Source of the DNA: an uncultured Gammaproteobacteria bacterium
Lineage (GTDB): Bacteria; Patescibacteriota; Patescibacteriia; UBA10025; JAHIVO01
DNA length: 64,000 nt
Assembly: GCA_964415025.1 (NCBI GenBank)
Contig: CAYPXF010000001.1
Location: 9,390 to 73,389, forward strand
Reading direction: 5' to 3'
Shown: positions 1 to 11,148 of the stretch, piece after piece
Layout of the letters: each line of letters starts with the position of its first letter
How positions within the stretch are numbered: the first letter of the stretch is position 1
Notes under the pieces: generated by a model
The model's database searches: none
Seen by the model: only the letters and a program-made list of their open reading frames with translations
Told to the model about the DNA's origin: nothing
Program-made: the position numbers and the translations under genes

Positions 1-869
1 TAATTAAAGTACTCTTTCAGTTATTCTATTTTGTGCGATTCTTGCTAGTATACGATGTATTTCATTTCTATTTTGGAACTTCGCTTCTGCCATATAATAG
101 AGACTTGCCTATATTAAAATTATTCAATAAAAAGATATTTTTTACATTTCAAGGAAGTGACATCAGGATTTCAAAAGTATCTAATACATTACATTCTGCA
201 CAAACAATTGTATCACAGCATAATAAATGCAACAATATATCAGATGAGATCAAAAAACAAAAAATTAATTTTATCACAAAATATGCTAATAAAACATATA
301 TATTAAATCCGGATTTAAAACTATTCTCTCCAGCATCAGAAATACTACCCTATGCCCATTTATTTCCTAATAAGTGGGTAACAAGAAATAAGTATCATAC
401 CAACAAAACTCACTGGACTATTTTGCACGCACCCACGGATAGAAATATTAAAGGAACTAAATACGTTATCAAATCAGTTGAAGAATTGCAACGACGTGGA
501 TATAAAGTCAGGTTACTCCTCATTGAAAACATATCTCATGACGAAATGTTGCATGCATGCGCAAAGTCTGATATTGTGATCGATCAGTTACGTATTGGGT
601 GGTACGGTGGTTTCGCTGTTGAAATGATGTCGCTAGGGAAACCTGTTTTATGCTATATTGATACCCGCATGAGTCGCTATGTTCCCTATTTCAATCAAAT
701 ACCCATTATAAATGTCACTCCTAGCACACTTACCAATACAATTATCGATTTGATAAAAGATCCATATCGTCAATATATAGTTGGTAATAAAAGCAGAGTA
801 TTTGTTAAAAAAATTCATAACCCTCTTCATATTGCACGTAAGACGCTGAATCATTATTTATCATGCTAA
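1..869 (+). CDS. Glycosyltransferase family 1 (GT-B C-terminal half). The reading frame is open to the window edge, so the gene is probably N-terminally truncated by the window.
   Basis: The frame of the 33..869 ORF stays open back to position 1 and the reported start is GTG. The motif GGFAVEMMSLGKPVLCY resembles the GT1 EGFGLxxLEAMAxGxPVI block. Confidence 0.45.
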   Translation, partial: IKVLFQLFYFVRFLLVYDVFHFYFGTSLLPYNRDLPILKLFNKKIFFTFQGSDIRISKVSNTLHSAQTIVSQHNKCNNISDEIKKQKINFITKYANKTYILNPDLKLFSPASEILPYAHLFPNKWVTRNKYHTNKTHWTILHAPTDRNIKGTKYVIKSVEELQRRGYKVRLLLIENISHDEMLHACAKSDIVIDQLRIGWYGGFAVEMMSLGKPVLCYIDTRMSRYVPYFNQIPIINVTPSTLTNTIIDLIKDPYRQYIVGNKSRVFVKKIHNPLHIARKTLNHYLSC

Positions 870-2350
870 TACAAAACCTGAAACGACTCTCAAAAGACAC
901 TTTAATATACGGTTTCGGCCGTGTTATTGAGTATATTGCTGCTTTCATTTTGCTTCCAGTATTTACTCGTATTTTTTCACCGGCTGATTACGGTATTTTA
1001 GACACACTAAATACGGTTGTATCTGTTATTTCATTATTTTTACTGATGGGGCTAAATTCCGCAACACAAAGATATTATTTCGATTCAGAAAAAGATCATA
1101 AGCAGGGATTGGTGGTGATTTCGACTGCCTTTTGGTTTTTGGCTATAGTAAGTGTTGTTGTTTCATTTATACTGATTTATTCATCCGATACTATTTCGAA
1201 TATATTATTCGATTCTACTGAATACAGCTACCTTATTGCCGTTGCTATCACCGCAATACCATTTATACTTATGGTTTCCTTCATTAAAGATGTGCTTCGA
1301 TTAAAATTTGCACCGTGGAAGTTTAGTACTTTAAGTATTGTACATTTTCTTTTAAATCTTGGAATAGTTATTTTTCTAGTAATTATACTAAAAAAAGGAT
1401 TAGTGGGCAACTACTATGGTGTTTTATTTTCGGTTATTATCACCCTCATTATTTCGATATATCTAATAAGGAATGATATTTCTTTTTTATTTTCAAAATA
1501 TTTTTTAATAAAACTATTAAAATTTGGTTTACCACTTGTTTTTGCAAGTTTTGCTTACTGGGTAATTACTTTTTCTGACAGGTTTTTCATCCTAAAATTA
1601 TCAACCCTTACTGAGCTAGGACTTTATTCAGTTGGAAATCGTGTAGCAACAATATTGATTTTAGTTGTTACGGCTATACACTTAGCTTGGAGTCCTCTTA
1701 TTTTTCAAAAGCACAGAGAAAAAGAATCATCTGCATTTATAGTGAAAACGATGACGTATTCTTTGATTGTTTTTTGTTTTTTTGCCGTAGTACTTACATC
1801 ACTTTCATTTGAAACTCTTACCATTCTCACACCCCGATCATATATAGGGGCAATTTATGTTGTAGGATTATTAACGTTGGGGATTGTTTTTTTAGGAATT
1901 TCAGGTATAGTCACTACTGGACTAACACTAGCTAAGAAAACAAAATATATTACCATTGCTTACATTATTTCAGCTGTTGTAAATATTATTTTAAATGCAC
2001 TTTTAATTCCATCATACGGTATTATTGGAGCATCTGTATCTACGTGCTTTTCATATATATTATTATTTGCTTTATGCTATTATTTTACACAACAATACTA
2101 TCGGCTTTCATTTGAATTAAAAAAATCAATAATAATTATTATTTTAACAGCATTTTTACTGTTTTTGGGTACCTTTGCATCACTCGAAAACATGGTAGTA
2201 AGTATAATGCTCAAACTATCATTAATATTACTATATCCGTTTGTGTTATATTATTTCAATATAATTGATCATAATGAAAAGTTAATTATTAAAAACTATA
2301 TACTAAAAACAATGCATCGTCTCAAAGTAATAATACTTTTTCATCAATAA
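863..2350 (+). CDS. Polysaccharide biosynthesis protein, Wzx-like oligosaccharide flippase (MOP superfamily)
   Basis: 495 aa with about 12-14 hydrophobic segments. The N-terminus (LxKDTLIYGFGRVIEYIAAFILLPVFTRIFSPADYGILD) is typical of the PST/Wzx family. Confidence 0.7.
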   Translation: MLIQNLKRLSKDTLIYGFGRVIEYIAAFILLPVFTRIFSPADYGILDTLNTVVSVISLFLLMGLNSATQRYYFDSEKDHKQGLVVISTAFWFLAIVSVVVSFILIYSSDTISNILFDSTEYSYLIAVAITAIPFILMVSFIKDVLRLKFAPWKFSTLSIVHFLLNLGIVIFLVIILKKGLVGNYYGVLFSVIITLIISIYLIRNDISFLFSKYFLIKLLKFGLPLVFASFAYWVITFSDRFFILKLSTLTELGLYSVGNRVATILILVVTAIHLAWSPLIFQKHREKESSAFIVKTMTYSLIVFCFFAVVLTSLSFETLTILTPRSYIGAIYVVGLLTLGIVFLGISGIVTTGLTLAKKTKYITIAYIISAVVNIILNALLIPSYGIIGASVSTCFSYILLFALCYYFTQQYYRLSFELKKSIIIIILTAFLLFLGTFASLENMVVSIMLKLSLILLYPFVLYYFNIIDHNEKLIIKNYILKTMHRLKVIILFHQ

Positions 2351-2355
2351 TAACT

Positions 2356-3438
2356 ATGCGCACTACAAAACGTACGATACTTTCAATAGTTGGCGCACGA
2401 CCTCAGTTTGTAAAACTTTGGGCACTTGAGAAACACATGAGTATCTTTAACCATATTATTATTCACACCGGACAGCATTATGATTTTAATATGTCAGAAG
2501 CTATATTTAAAGATTTAAATATACCAAAACCACATATTCACTTAAATATTGGATCTGATAAACCAACCTTGCAAGTTTCTAAAATGATATCAGGACTGGA
2601 CGATGTTATTAAGAGCTATGATCCTGATAATATTCTCGTATATGGAGATACAAGCTCAACACTGGCTGGCGCATTGACTGCACGTATGAATAAAATACCG
2701 CTCAGTCATATTGAAGCCGGCATGCGCAGCTATAACGTTATGCCAGAAGAGACTAGCAGGGTTGTGTCTGACCATATTGCTGATTACCTATTTTGTTCTA
2801 CATCTACTGCAATGAACAACTTACAAAATGAAGGCATCTATTCCAAAAGTTACCTTGTCGGCGATCTCATGGCCGATGCCTTACAAACAATGCGCCCACT
2901 CATTAATCAAAATTCATCATTACTGCAGAAATATAAAGTTATGAAAAATGAATATTTACTACTGACTGTACATCGCGAAGATAATACGATAAATAAAGAA
3001 AAATTATCAAATATTCTGCACGCATTCTCTAAAATAAATTATACGACAATATTTCCGGCACATCCGCGTACTAAAAAGGCAATTTCTGATTTTGGATTAA
3101 TGGATATCATTACAAAAGCCCCAAATATTATGATGATAGACGCAGTACCTTATAGCGAGCTGCTTACATTACAAAATTATGCAAAAAAGATCATAACTGA
3201 TTCTGGAGGCATGCAGAAAGAGGCCTATTTGCTCCGTAAACCTTGTATTACACTTCGACTTGAAACGGAATGGGTTGAAACAGTAGAAGATAATGCAAAT
3301 ATTCTAGTTGGGACAAATAAACCTGCTATCATACAGGCCATTAGACAGTTTGATATTGACGAGTCAGCCAGCAAACTTCGTTATGGTGAAGGCCGTGCAG
3401 CTGAAAAAATTGCAAAAATAATTAATTCAACTGGATGA
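2356..3438 (+). CDS. wecB: UDP-N-acetylglucosamine 2-epimerase (non-hydrolysing)
   Basis: N-terminal ILSIVGARPQFVKLWAL...HTGQHYDFNMS and 360 aa length match the WecB/MnaA family. Confidence 0.85.
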   Translation: MRTTKRTILSIVGARPQFVKLWALEKHMSIFNHIIIHTGQHYDFNMSEAIFKDLNIPKPHIHLNIGSDKPTLQVSKMISGLDDVIKSYDPDNILVYGDTSSTLAGALTARMNKIPLSHIEAGMRSYNVMPEETSRVVSDHIADYLFCSTSTAMNNLQNEGIYSKSYLVGDLMADALQTMRPLINQNSSLLQKYKVMKNEYLLLTVHREDNTINKEKLSNILHAFSKINYTTIFPAHPRTKKAISDFGLMDIITKAPNIMMIDAVPYSELLTLQNYAKKIITDSGGMQKEAYLLRKPCITLRLETEWVETVEDNANILVGTNKPAIIQAIRQFDIDESASKLRYGEGRAAEKIAKIINSTG

Positions 3439-4718
3439 AAAAAATTCTCATAGTTAGTTATTACTTTCCTCCGATTGGCTCAAGCGGTACAGTTAGGATA
3501 TCTAATTTTGTCAAATATTTACATAAATACGATTGGACATGCCACGTATTAACCGTAAAAAATATTTTTCATCATGCAATAGATGATACATATATACACG
3601 ATGTGGAAAAAGCATCACAGGTTCACAGAACTTTTCATATCGAACCAAGGTCTTTCTATCGTCAATCTCATGATTATTCCTTAAATATTAAACCCTCAAG
3701 GATAAAAAGGAATATCATTAAATTTTTTCGTTTCCTAATAAAATTATTTTTAGTTCCGGATGAAATAATTCTATGGTCACCATTTGCAATAATTAAAGGG
3801 ATTTATATTATTTATAAATATAATATTGACATTATTTTTTCCAGTTCACCGCCACCAACCGTACATATTATCGCATATTTTCTAAAAATATTTACTGGTA
3901 AAAAATTAGTTGTTGATTTTAGAGATGAATGGATAAATGACCCATTTAGCTCAATGCCAACAAGTGTACATCGCCGGATTAATTTATATTTAGAAAATCG
4001 TATACTGCAAAAAGCTGATGCTATAGTGGCTGTTACTCCAACAATATTTGAAGAAATGAATACACAATATCATCATAAATTCCGTACTATTACAAATGGA
4101 TACGATCCAGAAGATTTTCAGATCGGTCCCCATGCATCCGATCCCACAAAGAAGCTAACTTTTTATTATCCTGGTACATTTTATAAACATAGAACACCTT
4201 TTTATTTCTTGCAAGCTTTGCTATTATTATTAAAAGACCAAAAGATTAACAAAGATGAAATTTCAGTAATCTTCCAAGGTAATATTTCGCCAGATACATA
4301 CAATCAGTATATTCTTAATAATCATGAATTACTAGAAATTATAAAAATTAGACCGTATGCTGACCACCCTACGGTTATTAAGAATATGATCTCAGCTGAT
4401 ATTTTACTTTTAGTTATCAGCACACAGAGCGGGTTAGGTTCTCTGTCTGGTAAAATTTTCGAATATATCGCCACTGGAAAACCTATTTTAGGGCTTGTTC
4501 CCGCAAATGGTGCTGCTGCCTCTTTGATTAGGAAAACACAAACAGGCATTGTGGTTTCTCCAGAAAATATTTCCGATATATATAATAGTATTTATGAATT
4601 GTATAAAAGGTGGAACAAAAGTAGCTTACAAATTTATCCACATAAACCATTAATTAAAAAATATTCGAGAGAATCTCAGACAAAATTATTAATACGTGTT
4701 TTTCAAAGCCATATATGA
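3435..4718 (+). CDS. Glycosyltransferase family 1 (GT4-like)
   Basis: 427 aa. Starts MKKILIVSYYFPPIGSSGTVR, the typical GT4 N-terminal glycine-rich loop. Its start overlaps the upstream gene by 4 bp. Confidence 0.6.
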   Translation: MKKILIVSYYFPPIGSSGTVRISNFVKYLHKYDWTCHVLTVKNIFHHAIDDTYIHDVEKASQVHRTFHIEPRSFYRQSHDYSLNIKPSRIKRNIIKFFRFLIKLFLVPDEIILWSPFAIIKGIYIIYKYNIDIIFSSSPPPTVHIIAYFLKIFTGKKLVVDFRDEWINDPFSSMPTSVHRRINLYLENRILQKADAIVAVTPTIFEEMNTQYHHKFRTITNGYDPEDFQIGPHASDPTKKLTFYYPGTFYKHRTPFYFLQALLLLLKDQKINKDEISVIFQGNISPDTYNQYILNNHELLEIIKIRPYADHPTVIKNMISADILLLVISTQSGLGSLSGKIFEYIATGKPILGLVPANGAAASLIRKTQTGIVVSPENISDIYNSIYELYKRWNKSSLQIYPHKPLIKKYSRESQTKLLIRVFQSHI

Positions 4719-5725
4719 CGACCACTCCACACATTGGGATTATAGTATTAAATTGGAATGGTATTGATAACACCCGTCGCTGTCTTACATCCTTACAAAA
4801 AATCACTTACTCCAACTATTCTATATTTCTTGTTGACAATGGATCTACAATTAATGAATCGGATGTCTTAAAAAAGGAGTATCGGGAGATAATAGCCATT
4901 CGAACTAAAAATAATTTAGGCTTCTCTGGTGGAAATAACATTGGTATAAAATATGCACTATATGATTCCGATAATTATTGCGATTATATTCTAATTTTGA
5001 ACAATGATACAGTAGTTGAAAATAACTTTCTTTCTATCATGGTTAGAACTGCAATTCAAGACAACTCTGTCGGTATGGTAAGTCCAACCATGTTATCTAT
5101 GAATAATCATAATACTATTGATAATATGGGATTATGCCTCACCCTATCTGGTATTCCATTTAACAGAAAAAAGAATAAAAGAATTTTATTATGCCCTTCT
5201 GGCGGCGCGGCTTTGTATTCACGTCAAATGCTAAAAGATATATGCCTCGACGGTGACTATTTTGATTCCACTTTTTTTGCTTATGCTGAAGATTATGACA
5301 TAGGAATGAGAGCACTCCAAGCTGGCTACAAACCTGCACATGCGAATAACGCCATTATATATCATAAGGGTTCTGCATCAACTGGGTTAATGAGTGATTT
5401 TGCAATCTACCATACCTATCGAAATTTATTGCTAGTTATAGTTAAAGACTGGCCTTTCCTACTACTTGTTATCAATGCCCCCTGGATAATATTGATGCAA
5501 ATATGTTTAATCTTCCTCCATAGTAAACGCGGAACTATTCATATTCTACTTAATGCATACCGAGATTTTTTCAAATACATTCCACAATACATAAAAATGA
5601 GGAACATTATTCGTTCCCATAAACAGATAAGTTCTATTGTATTGCTTCGATATTTTGAAAAACGTGTAGTCCTACTGGAATATATACGAAATGCGATCTA
5701 TACTAACGGACAGTCTCAGGATTAA
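4715..5725 (+). CDS. Glycosyltransferase family 2
   Basis: GIIVLNWNGIDNTRRCLTSL...FLVDNGSTINES is the GT2 signature. There is an overlapping start. Confidence 0.75.
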   Translation: MTTTPHIGIIVLNWNGIDNTRRCLTSLQKITYSNYSIFLVDNGSTINESDVLKKEYREIIAIRTKNNLGFSGGNNIGIKYALYDSDNYCDYILILNNDTVVENNFLSIMVRTAIQDNSVGMVSPTMLSMNNHNTIDNMGLCLTLSGIPFNRKKNKRILLCPSGGAALYSRQMLKDICLDGDYFDSTFFAYAEDYDIGMRALQAGYKPAHANNAIIYHKGSASTGLMSDFAIYHTYRNLLLVIVKDWPFLLLVINAPWIILMQICLIFLHSKRGTIHILLNAYRDFFKYIPQYIKMRNIIRSHKQISSIVLLRYFEKRVVLLEYIRNAIYTNGQSQD

Positions 5726-7979
5726 ATTCAAATATATATATATCATCAATTTTTTTATATGTGCCCATTAATTCTATCTGTTTCTTGAGTGTATAGTCAC
5801 TAATCCATCTCTCCTCGGTCACAAAATAACATTTATCAGTCTTCGTAATATCGAGGGCTTTTTGTAAATCTATTTTTTTTGGATCTCGAAACAAATTTTG
5901 CTGAATTTCAACAAGCGCAGGTTGACTAAATTCTTCACCAATAGTAAATCCGCCCCCTATTATTTTTTTTGCTGATATGCTCTCTAATGCTAATAGTGGC
6001 CAAGTATCACTGATAACACAATATCTAGTTTCATCCTTTATCCTTTTATAGATATACTCCATTGCTTTCAATTCTGAAGCAGAAACCATCCGCAGTACTG
6101 GACCTGAAACATAATTAAAAAGTAATATAATTGAGATCATGATTGCTAAGCTAGATACAATAATCTTTTTATTATTTGCAAGCAAATAAATATTATAAAC
6201 TCCAAATACAACTAAGGGCAGTAAAAAAAGATATAATAGCAAGTCAATTCTGCTAGATAATGGCGCTGGACCATTAATAATATACCGGCTTCCGATATAC
6301 AACACTAGAAAAAAAGACATGACAAATATTAATATAATATTTCTGAATATTTTCGCTATTTTTAAATAAACTATTCCACTGATTATTAATACTAATAAAA
6401 ATAAGTTAGCAATAAATGATGTAGTAATTGATTTTATTGGATACCAATGCATCAGCTGTGGTATATTGTTTAAATTATAAAAGAATGTACCTGATGCAGC
6501 TATAGAACCAAACTGTGTTATACCAAATATATTAAGTATCCATCTGCCGAGTGACCGAGGTGTTTCCCAACTTAATAGACTAGCAGTGTCAAAAGCTGAG
6601 CTAAGATTAAAAATATTTGCATAATATATATCCAAACTTATAATTATTGTGCTTATTGTTAATGATCCTACTGCGATAATTATACAATGATAAATCTTTT
6701 TGCTTAGTTTTATAGTTGTTACCTTTTTTACTGCCTTGTAAAGTACAATAATGCTAAGTAAAAGAACCCATATAACCAAGGCTATGATATAATTTAAATA
6801 CAACATCAATGTAAGAATACCTATGAATACGTAACCCTTTTTTGTAGGCACCTTACTTACATCTAATAATACCAACGCTGCAAATATAAATAAAAGATGT
6901 CCAAATGAGTATGGCACGGTAATAGCCCCATACACTTGTAGAACCCAAAATATTGTACTGGAAAATGATAAAAGTAGAGGTATAATTTTACTATGTGGAC
7001 ATACTATTTTACCAATTTTGTATAATAATATCGGTGTGAATAATGACCATAATAAAAATACCAGTACTAAATCAATCCAAAATATATCAATCGCGGCTAT
7101 CTTACTAATAATTACAGTTATCGCCCACTGGTTTGCGTATGATGTTTTATTACCTACCAAGAAGACTGAAGGTATTTTAACCTGACCAAATTCTTTATAT
7201 GAAATAGTATCATCGAGAAAACTTGGCGATACTACATTTCCTTCAGCAATATATCTCTCGGTAGCTATATGCCTCCATTTATCACCTCCGTATCCAACTT
7301 CGTATATAATTGGTAAGTAACTATGGATAAGTACTGAAAATAAAATAATTATAATGAGAATTACAGTACTTTTTAATTTAGTAAATATTAAATATAATAT
7401 TATAAAACTTGATAATAATATCACTACTAGGTATAAATTTGGAATTACTTCCCACGGTGCCATAATATAATTACTCGTGCGAGCTCCATATAGTAATAAA
7501 AAACCAATAATAAATAATAAGGGCAAGCATATTATATATATCCTTGGTACATTTAATAAATTTATTTCTTCGTAATTGTTATTTATTTCAGTACGGCTTT
7601 TATTATATATGCCTAGTAGCCAATTAGCAGCAGATATTAATACAGATACTATGAGTAATATTATAAAAATTACAACATCGGATAATTTTAAAAAGACAAT
7701 AAAAAATGCGCCTAAAAAAGCGATCGAATATATATAGAATAAAGTACTTAATGCATTATTAAATTGACCTTTAACAAAATTAAAATTACTAAATATACCA
7801 CCAAGCCATAAAATACAAATTATTGAAAATAAAAGAAATAGCACAATACCAATGGCTGATATTTGGTATGTGGTTAAATTTACATAAATGCCAATACTAA
7901 AGAGAATATTTATTAGCGTAAATATTCCATATTTATTAACACGAACAGTATCTGCTAACTGAATAAGTAATTGTTTCAT
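5703..7979 (-). CDS. Large polytopic membrane protein with a soluble C-terminal domain. It may be a GT-C type glycosyltransferase or a polymerase.
   Basis: 758 aa with about 18 hydrophobic helices followed by a ~150-aa hydrophilic C-terminus. It sits in the polysaccharide locus. No diagnostic motif was recognised. Confidence 0.45.
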   Translation of the reverse strand: MKQLLIQLADTVRVNKYGIFTLINILFSIGIYVNLTTYQISAIGIVLFLLFSIICILWLGGIFSNFNFVKGQFNNALSTLFYIYSIAFLGAFFIVFLKLSDVVIFIILLIVSVLISAANWLLGIYNKSRTEINNNYEEINLLNVPRIYIICLPLLFIIGFLLLYGARTSNYIMAPWEVIPNLYLVVILLSSFIILYLIFTKLKSTVILIIIILFSVLIHSYLPIIYEVGYGGDKWRHIATERYIAEGNVVSPSFLDDTISYKEFGQVKIPSVFLVGNKTSYANQWAITVIISKIAAIDIFWIDLVLVFLLWSLFTPILLYKIGKIVCPHSKIIPLLLSFSSTIFWVLQVYGAITVPYSFGHLLFIFAALVLLDVSKVPTKKGYVFIGILTLMLYLNYIIALVIWVLLLSIIVLYKAVKKVTTIKLSKKIYHCIIIAVGSLTISTIIISLDIYYANIFNLSSAFDTASLLSWETPRSLGRWILNIFGITQFGSIAASGTFFYNLNNIPQLMHWYPIKSITTSFIANLFLLVLIISGIVYLKIAKIFRNIILIFVMSFFLVLYIGSRYIINGPAPLSSRIDLLLYLFLLPLVVFGVYNIYLLANNKKIIVSSLAIMISIILLFNYVSGPVLRMVSASELKAMEYIYKRIKDETRYCVISDTWPLLALESISAKKIIGGGFTIGEEFSQPALVEIQQNLFRDPKKIDLQKALDITKTDKCYFVTEERWISDYTLKKQIELMGTYKKIDDIYIFEFNPETVR

Positions 7980-9121
7980 GTTGCGTTATAAATTGCTACT
8001 AATTTATCTACTATAACATCCCATGAGAAGTGTTTCACTACTTTCTTTTTACCATTAGCTCCATATTCTTTTTTTAATTCTTCATTGTTTATAATAATGC
8101 GTATCTTTTTTGCAAGTTCTCTATCATTCCCTACCCGAAACGTAAGACCGTCCTTTCCTGTATTAATCAAGGTTCGAACCCCAGGCAAATCAGAAGTTAT
8201 AACCGGCGTACCGCACGCCATTGCCTCCAGCGTTACCAGGCCATATGCTTCTGTTTTATCAGTTGAAGGTAGTACTAATACATCAGCAACGTTATAAATA
8301 TCTATCAGTGTATCATTATCTACTTTATTTAAAAAGAATACCCTCGACTTAAGTGCGAGTTTATTGGATTGTTCCTCATATTCTGACTGTAAATTTCCTT
8401 TTCCAACAATAATTAATTTTGCTTCTGGCAACTCTTTCATGGCATTGAGCAATACGTCCAATCCTTTGAAATAGTGCGCTTCGTCAAGGCCGCCGACAAA
8501 AAGAACTATCTTTTTTTTATCTTTTCTGATTTTCTCAACTATTTCTCCTGTTATTTCTTTTTCTCTGAACTTATTTATATCTACACCATTAGCAAGGGGT
8601 ATAAATTTGTTCTCATGAGCACTATAGTATTTATATATGTCAGAATGTTCAAAATAATCCCAGGTTGATACAAGTACTTTATTCGCCCGCATAACAATTA
8701 GTTTGGTAAATACTGTCTTATATATCCAGAATAAATATCGTACCCATTTTCTACCCACTAAGTCCATTTGGTATTGTAATATAATCCTTACTTTTTTATC
8801 TAACAATAAATATAAATATAGAAACTCTAATCCAATAAACGGATAATGTATATGTACAATATCGTATTCTTTTATTTCTTTGCTAATATTAGGTAACAGG
8901 GAGGCATTCCCAAAGGTCAACAATGATTTTTTTTTAATTACTCGATATTTTGCGGGGTGATACATGTCCTGTATCTCATTTTTATATGACGGTATAATGA
9001 CATCAACATTCCACCCTCTTTTCGCCAGCCCCTCTACCTGATTTTTACATACATTACCAATCCCTCCCTTATACGGAGGGAATGTCGATACCACATGTGC
9101 TACTCGTAGTTTTTGTTTCAT
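7976..9121 (-). CDS. Glycosyltransferase family 1 (GT4)
   Basis: KVAHVVSTFPPYKGGIGNVCKNQVEGLAKRGWNVDVI is the N-terminal GT4 motif, and the C-terminus has a VLPSTDKTEAYGLVTLEAMACGTPVITSD block. Confidence 0.8.
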   Translation of the reverse strand: MKQKLRVAHVVSTFPPYKGGIGNVCKNQVEGLAKRGWNVDVIIPSYKNEIQDMYHPAKYRVIKKKSLLTFGNASLLPNISKEIKEYDIVHIHYPFIGLEFLYLYLLLDKKVRIILQYQMDLVGRKWVRYLFWIYKTVFTKLIVMRANKVLVSTWDYFEHSDIYKYYSAHENKFIPLANGVDINKFREKEITGEIVEKIRKDKKKIVLFVGGLDEAHYFKGLDVLLNAMKELPEAKLIIVGKGNLQSEYEEQSNKLALKSRVFFLNKVDNDTLIDIYNVADVLVLPSTDKTEAYGLVTLEAMACGTPVITSDLPGVRTLINTGKDGLTFRVGNDRELAKKIRIIINNEELKKEYGANGKKKVVKHFSWDVIVDKLVAIYNAT

Positions 9122-9123
9122 TA

Positions 9124-10098
9124 TTATTTAATCTGCTCTCTCCAGTAATTCAATGTGTCTACGAGCGTTGTGTTCATATAGTCAATTTCTGGTTTCCATC
9201 CTGTAGTATCACAAAACTTAGAGTTATCACCAAGCAATACCGGCACATCAGAGGGTCGCATTCTTTTCGGATCTTGTATCACTTTTATCCCCTTATGATT
9301 AGAGTGATTAATGAGTGCCTGCAGCACATCCTTTATTTTGTAATCCTGACCAGAGCAAATATTATATACCTCTCCGGGTTCGCATTTTTCGGTGGCGATC
9401 CAGTAAGCCTTTACGATATCACGCACATCAGTAAAATCACGTCGTGCATCTAGGTTGCCGACCTGAATAACGGGTTCTTTTCTACCACGCTCTATTTCTG
9501 CAACTTGTTTTGCAAAATTACTATCCACAAAAACATCTCCCCGTCTTGGGCCAGAATGATTAAATGTTCTTGTCCGTATTATTCGCACGCCATAACTCAT
9601 GTAATATTGATAGCCCATGTAGTCTTGTGCAACTTTAGATACGGCATACGGCGACATCGGGCGTAGCGGGTTTGATTCTCGTATAGGGATTTCATCAGGC
9701 TTCACCAGGCCATATTCTTCTGAAGAGCACGCAATTTGTATGACGGGGTTATAGTCATCGCTTATTAATTTTCTGACCGCCTCAAAAACATTACACTGTC
9801 CTGTAATATTTATTTCAAGCGTTTCGCTAGGAGATTCCCATGAGGTCGGGACAAAACTTTGCGCCGCCAGATGAAATATCTTATCTGGCTTAATTGTTTC
9901 AATAATACTCGATACATTATGGGCATCTTTGATATCACATTCATAAAAAGATATTGATGACTCAATGTCCTGGATATTTGCCATATTGCTTCGCCAGCGT
10001 TTGATGCCAAATATTTCAACATCCGGATGATGCTCTAAGATGTACTCGGCTAGATGACTGCCTACAAATCCGGTTATCCCGGTAATTAACACTTTCAT
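9124..10098 (-). CDS. NAD-dependent sugar-nucleotide epimerase/dehydratase. It resembles GDP-mannose 4,6-dehydratase or GDP-6-deoxy-4-keto-mannose reductase.
   Basis: Starts MKVLITGITGFVGSHLAEYIL with a Rossmann GxxGxxG loop, and has a YxxxK-type SDR core at YAVSKVAQDY. Confidence 0.7.
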   Translation of the reverse strand: MKVLITGITGFVGSHLAEYILEHHPDVEIFGIKRWRSNMANIQDIESSISFYECDIKDAHNVSSIIETIKPDKIFHLAAQSFVPTSWESPSETLEINITGQCNVFEAVRKLISDDYNPVIQIACSSEEYGLVKPDEIPIRESNPLRPMSPYAVSKVAQDYMGYQYYMSYGVRIIRTRTFNHSGPRRGDVFVDSNFAKQVAEIERGRKEPVIQVGNLDARRDFTDVRDIVKAYWIATEKCEPGEVYNICSGQDYKIKDVLQALINHSNHKGIKVIQDPKRMRPSDVPVLLGDNSKFCDTTGWKPEIDYMNTTLVDTLNYWREQIK

Positions 10099-10104
10099 AA
10101 TTTT

Positions 10105-11148
10105 TTATTCTTTCAATGATAATTCTTTTACGCTGATCCCATAATCTAAAAACCATTGTTTGATTTCTTTTTGTGTTGCCCGTACGCTTATGTTCTTTCT
10201 TTTTGTGATCATTTTTTGCGCTCCTGCTAATGCATGGAGCCACCCTTTACACACCGCATATACAAGCTTAACAAACGAATACTCCTTAACAAAATTACCT
10301 GATGATCCTTTGTGCGTCACTATGGCTACCGCTTGGTACGTATACCGTTTACATGAGTAATATATACTTGCCAGTATCATGCCCAGCGGCAGCAGTTTGA
10401 TGATAAACCAGATCCTGTTTCTCTCGATATAATACGCTTTTCGAGGAGAATATTTACCGGTCGTAGCGGAATACATATGATACACCCTCGCGTCAGGAAT
10501 AAATTTTGCTTTCCAGCCGGCGAGGCGTCCTCGAAAACCCAAATCGCTGTCCTCGAGGTAGAATTGAAAATCTTCATCGAGGAGTCCGATCTCATCAAGC
10601 ATTTTTTTGCTATACACCCCCCCACAACCGCTTGGCATTAAAATATCAGATTTATTATCAAATTGTCCCTCATCAGATTCCATTCTCCCCCTTCCTCTGC
10701 ATATCCCGTCCCGATAAATAATCAATCCTGTACTATCAATTATTTTTTTATCATAATAATTTAATATTTTTAATGCCCACATACCTGTCATATCCCGCTG
10801 GTTTTGTATGGTTTTGAGGATAGCAGCTAAACAATCTTCAGCGAGTTCAACATCATTATTAAGAAGTAAAATATAGTCCCCGCGAGCGTGTCGAATGCCA
10901 GCATTATTTCCAGCGGCATACGTATTTATTTTATTGACAATAGTTTTTATTGAAGGGAACTGTTTTTTAATATACTGAACAGAATTATCTGTGGAACCAT
11001 TATCTACAACAATAATCTCAAAATCAGATATTGTTTGTCGAAACAGTGATGGCAAACATATTTGTAAGCATTCTAAACCATTATAATTTAATATGACTAC
11101 TGATATAAGCGGATTTTTTGAAATTTCAGCCTCAAGCATTTGGATCAA
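10105..11148 (-). CDS. Glycosyltransferase family 2
   Basis: ISVVILNYNGLECLQICLPSL...IIVVDNGSTDNS is the GT2 signature. Confidence 0.8.
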   Translation of the reverse strand: MIQMLEAEISKNPLISVVILNYNGLECLQICLPSLFRQTISDFEIIVVDNGSTDNSVQYIKKQFPSIKTIVNKINTYAAGNNAGIRHARGDYILLLNNDVELAEDCLAAILKTIQNQRDMTGMWALKILNYYDKKIIDSTGLIIYRDGICRGRGRMESDEGQFDNKSDILMPSGCGGVYSKKMLDEIGLLDEDFQFYLEDSDLGFRGRLAGWKAKFIPDARVYHMYSATTGKYSPRKAYYIERNRIWFIIKLLPLGMILASIYYSCKRYTYQAVAIVTHKGSSGNFVKEYSFVKLVYAVCKGWLHALAGAQKMITKRKNISVRATQKEIKQWFLDYGISVKELSLKE

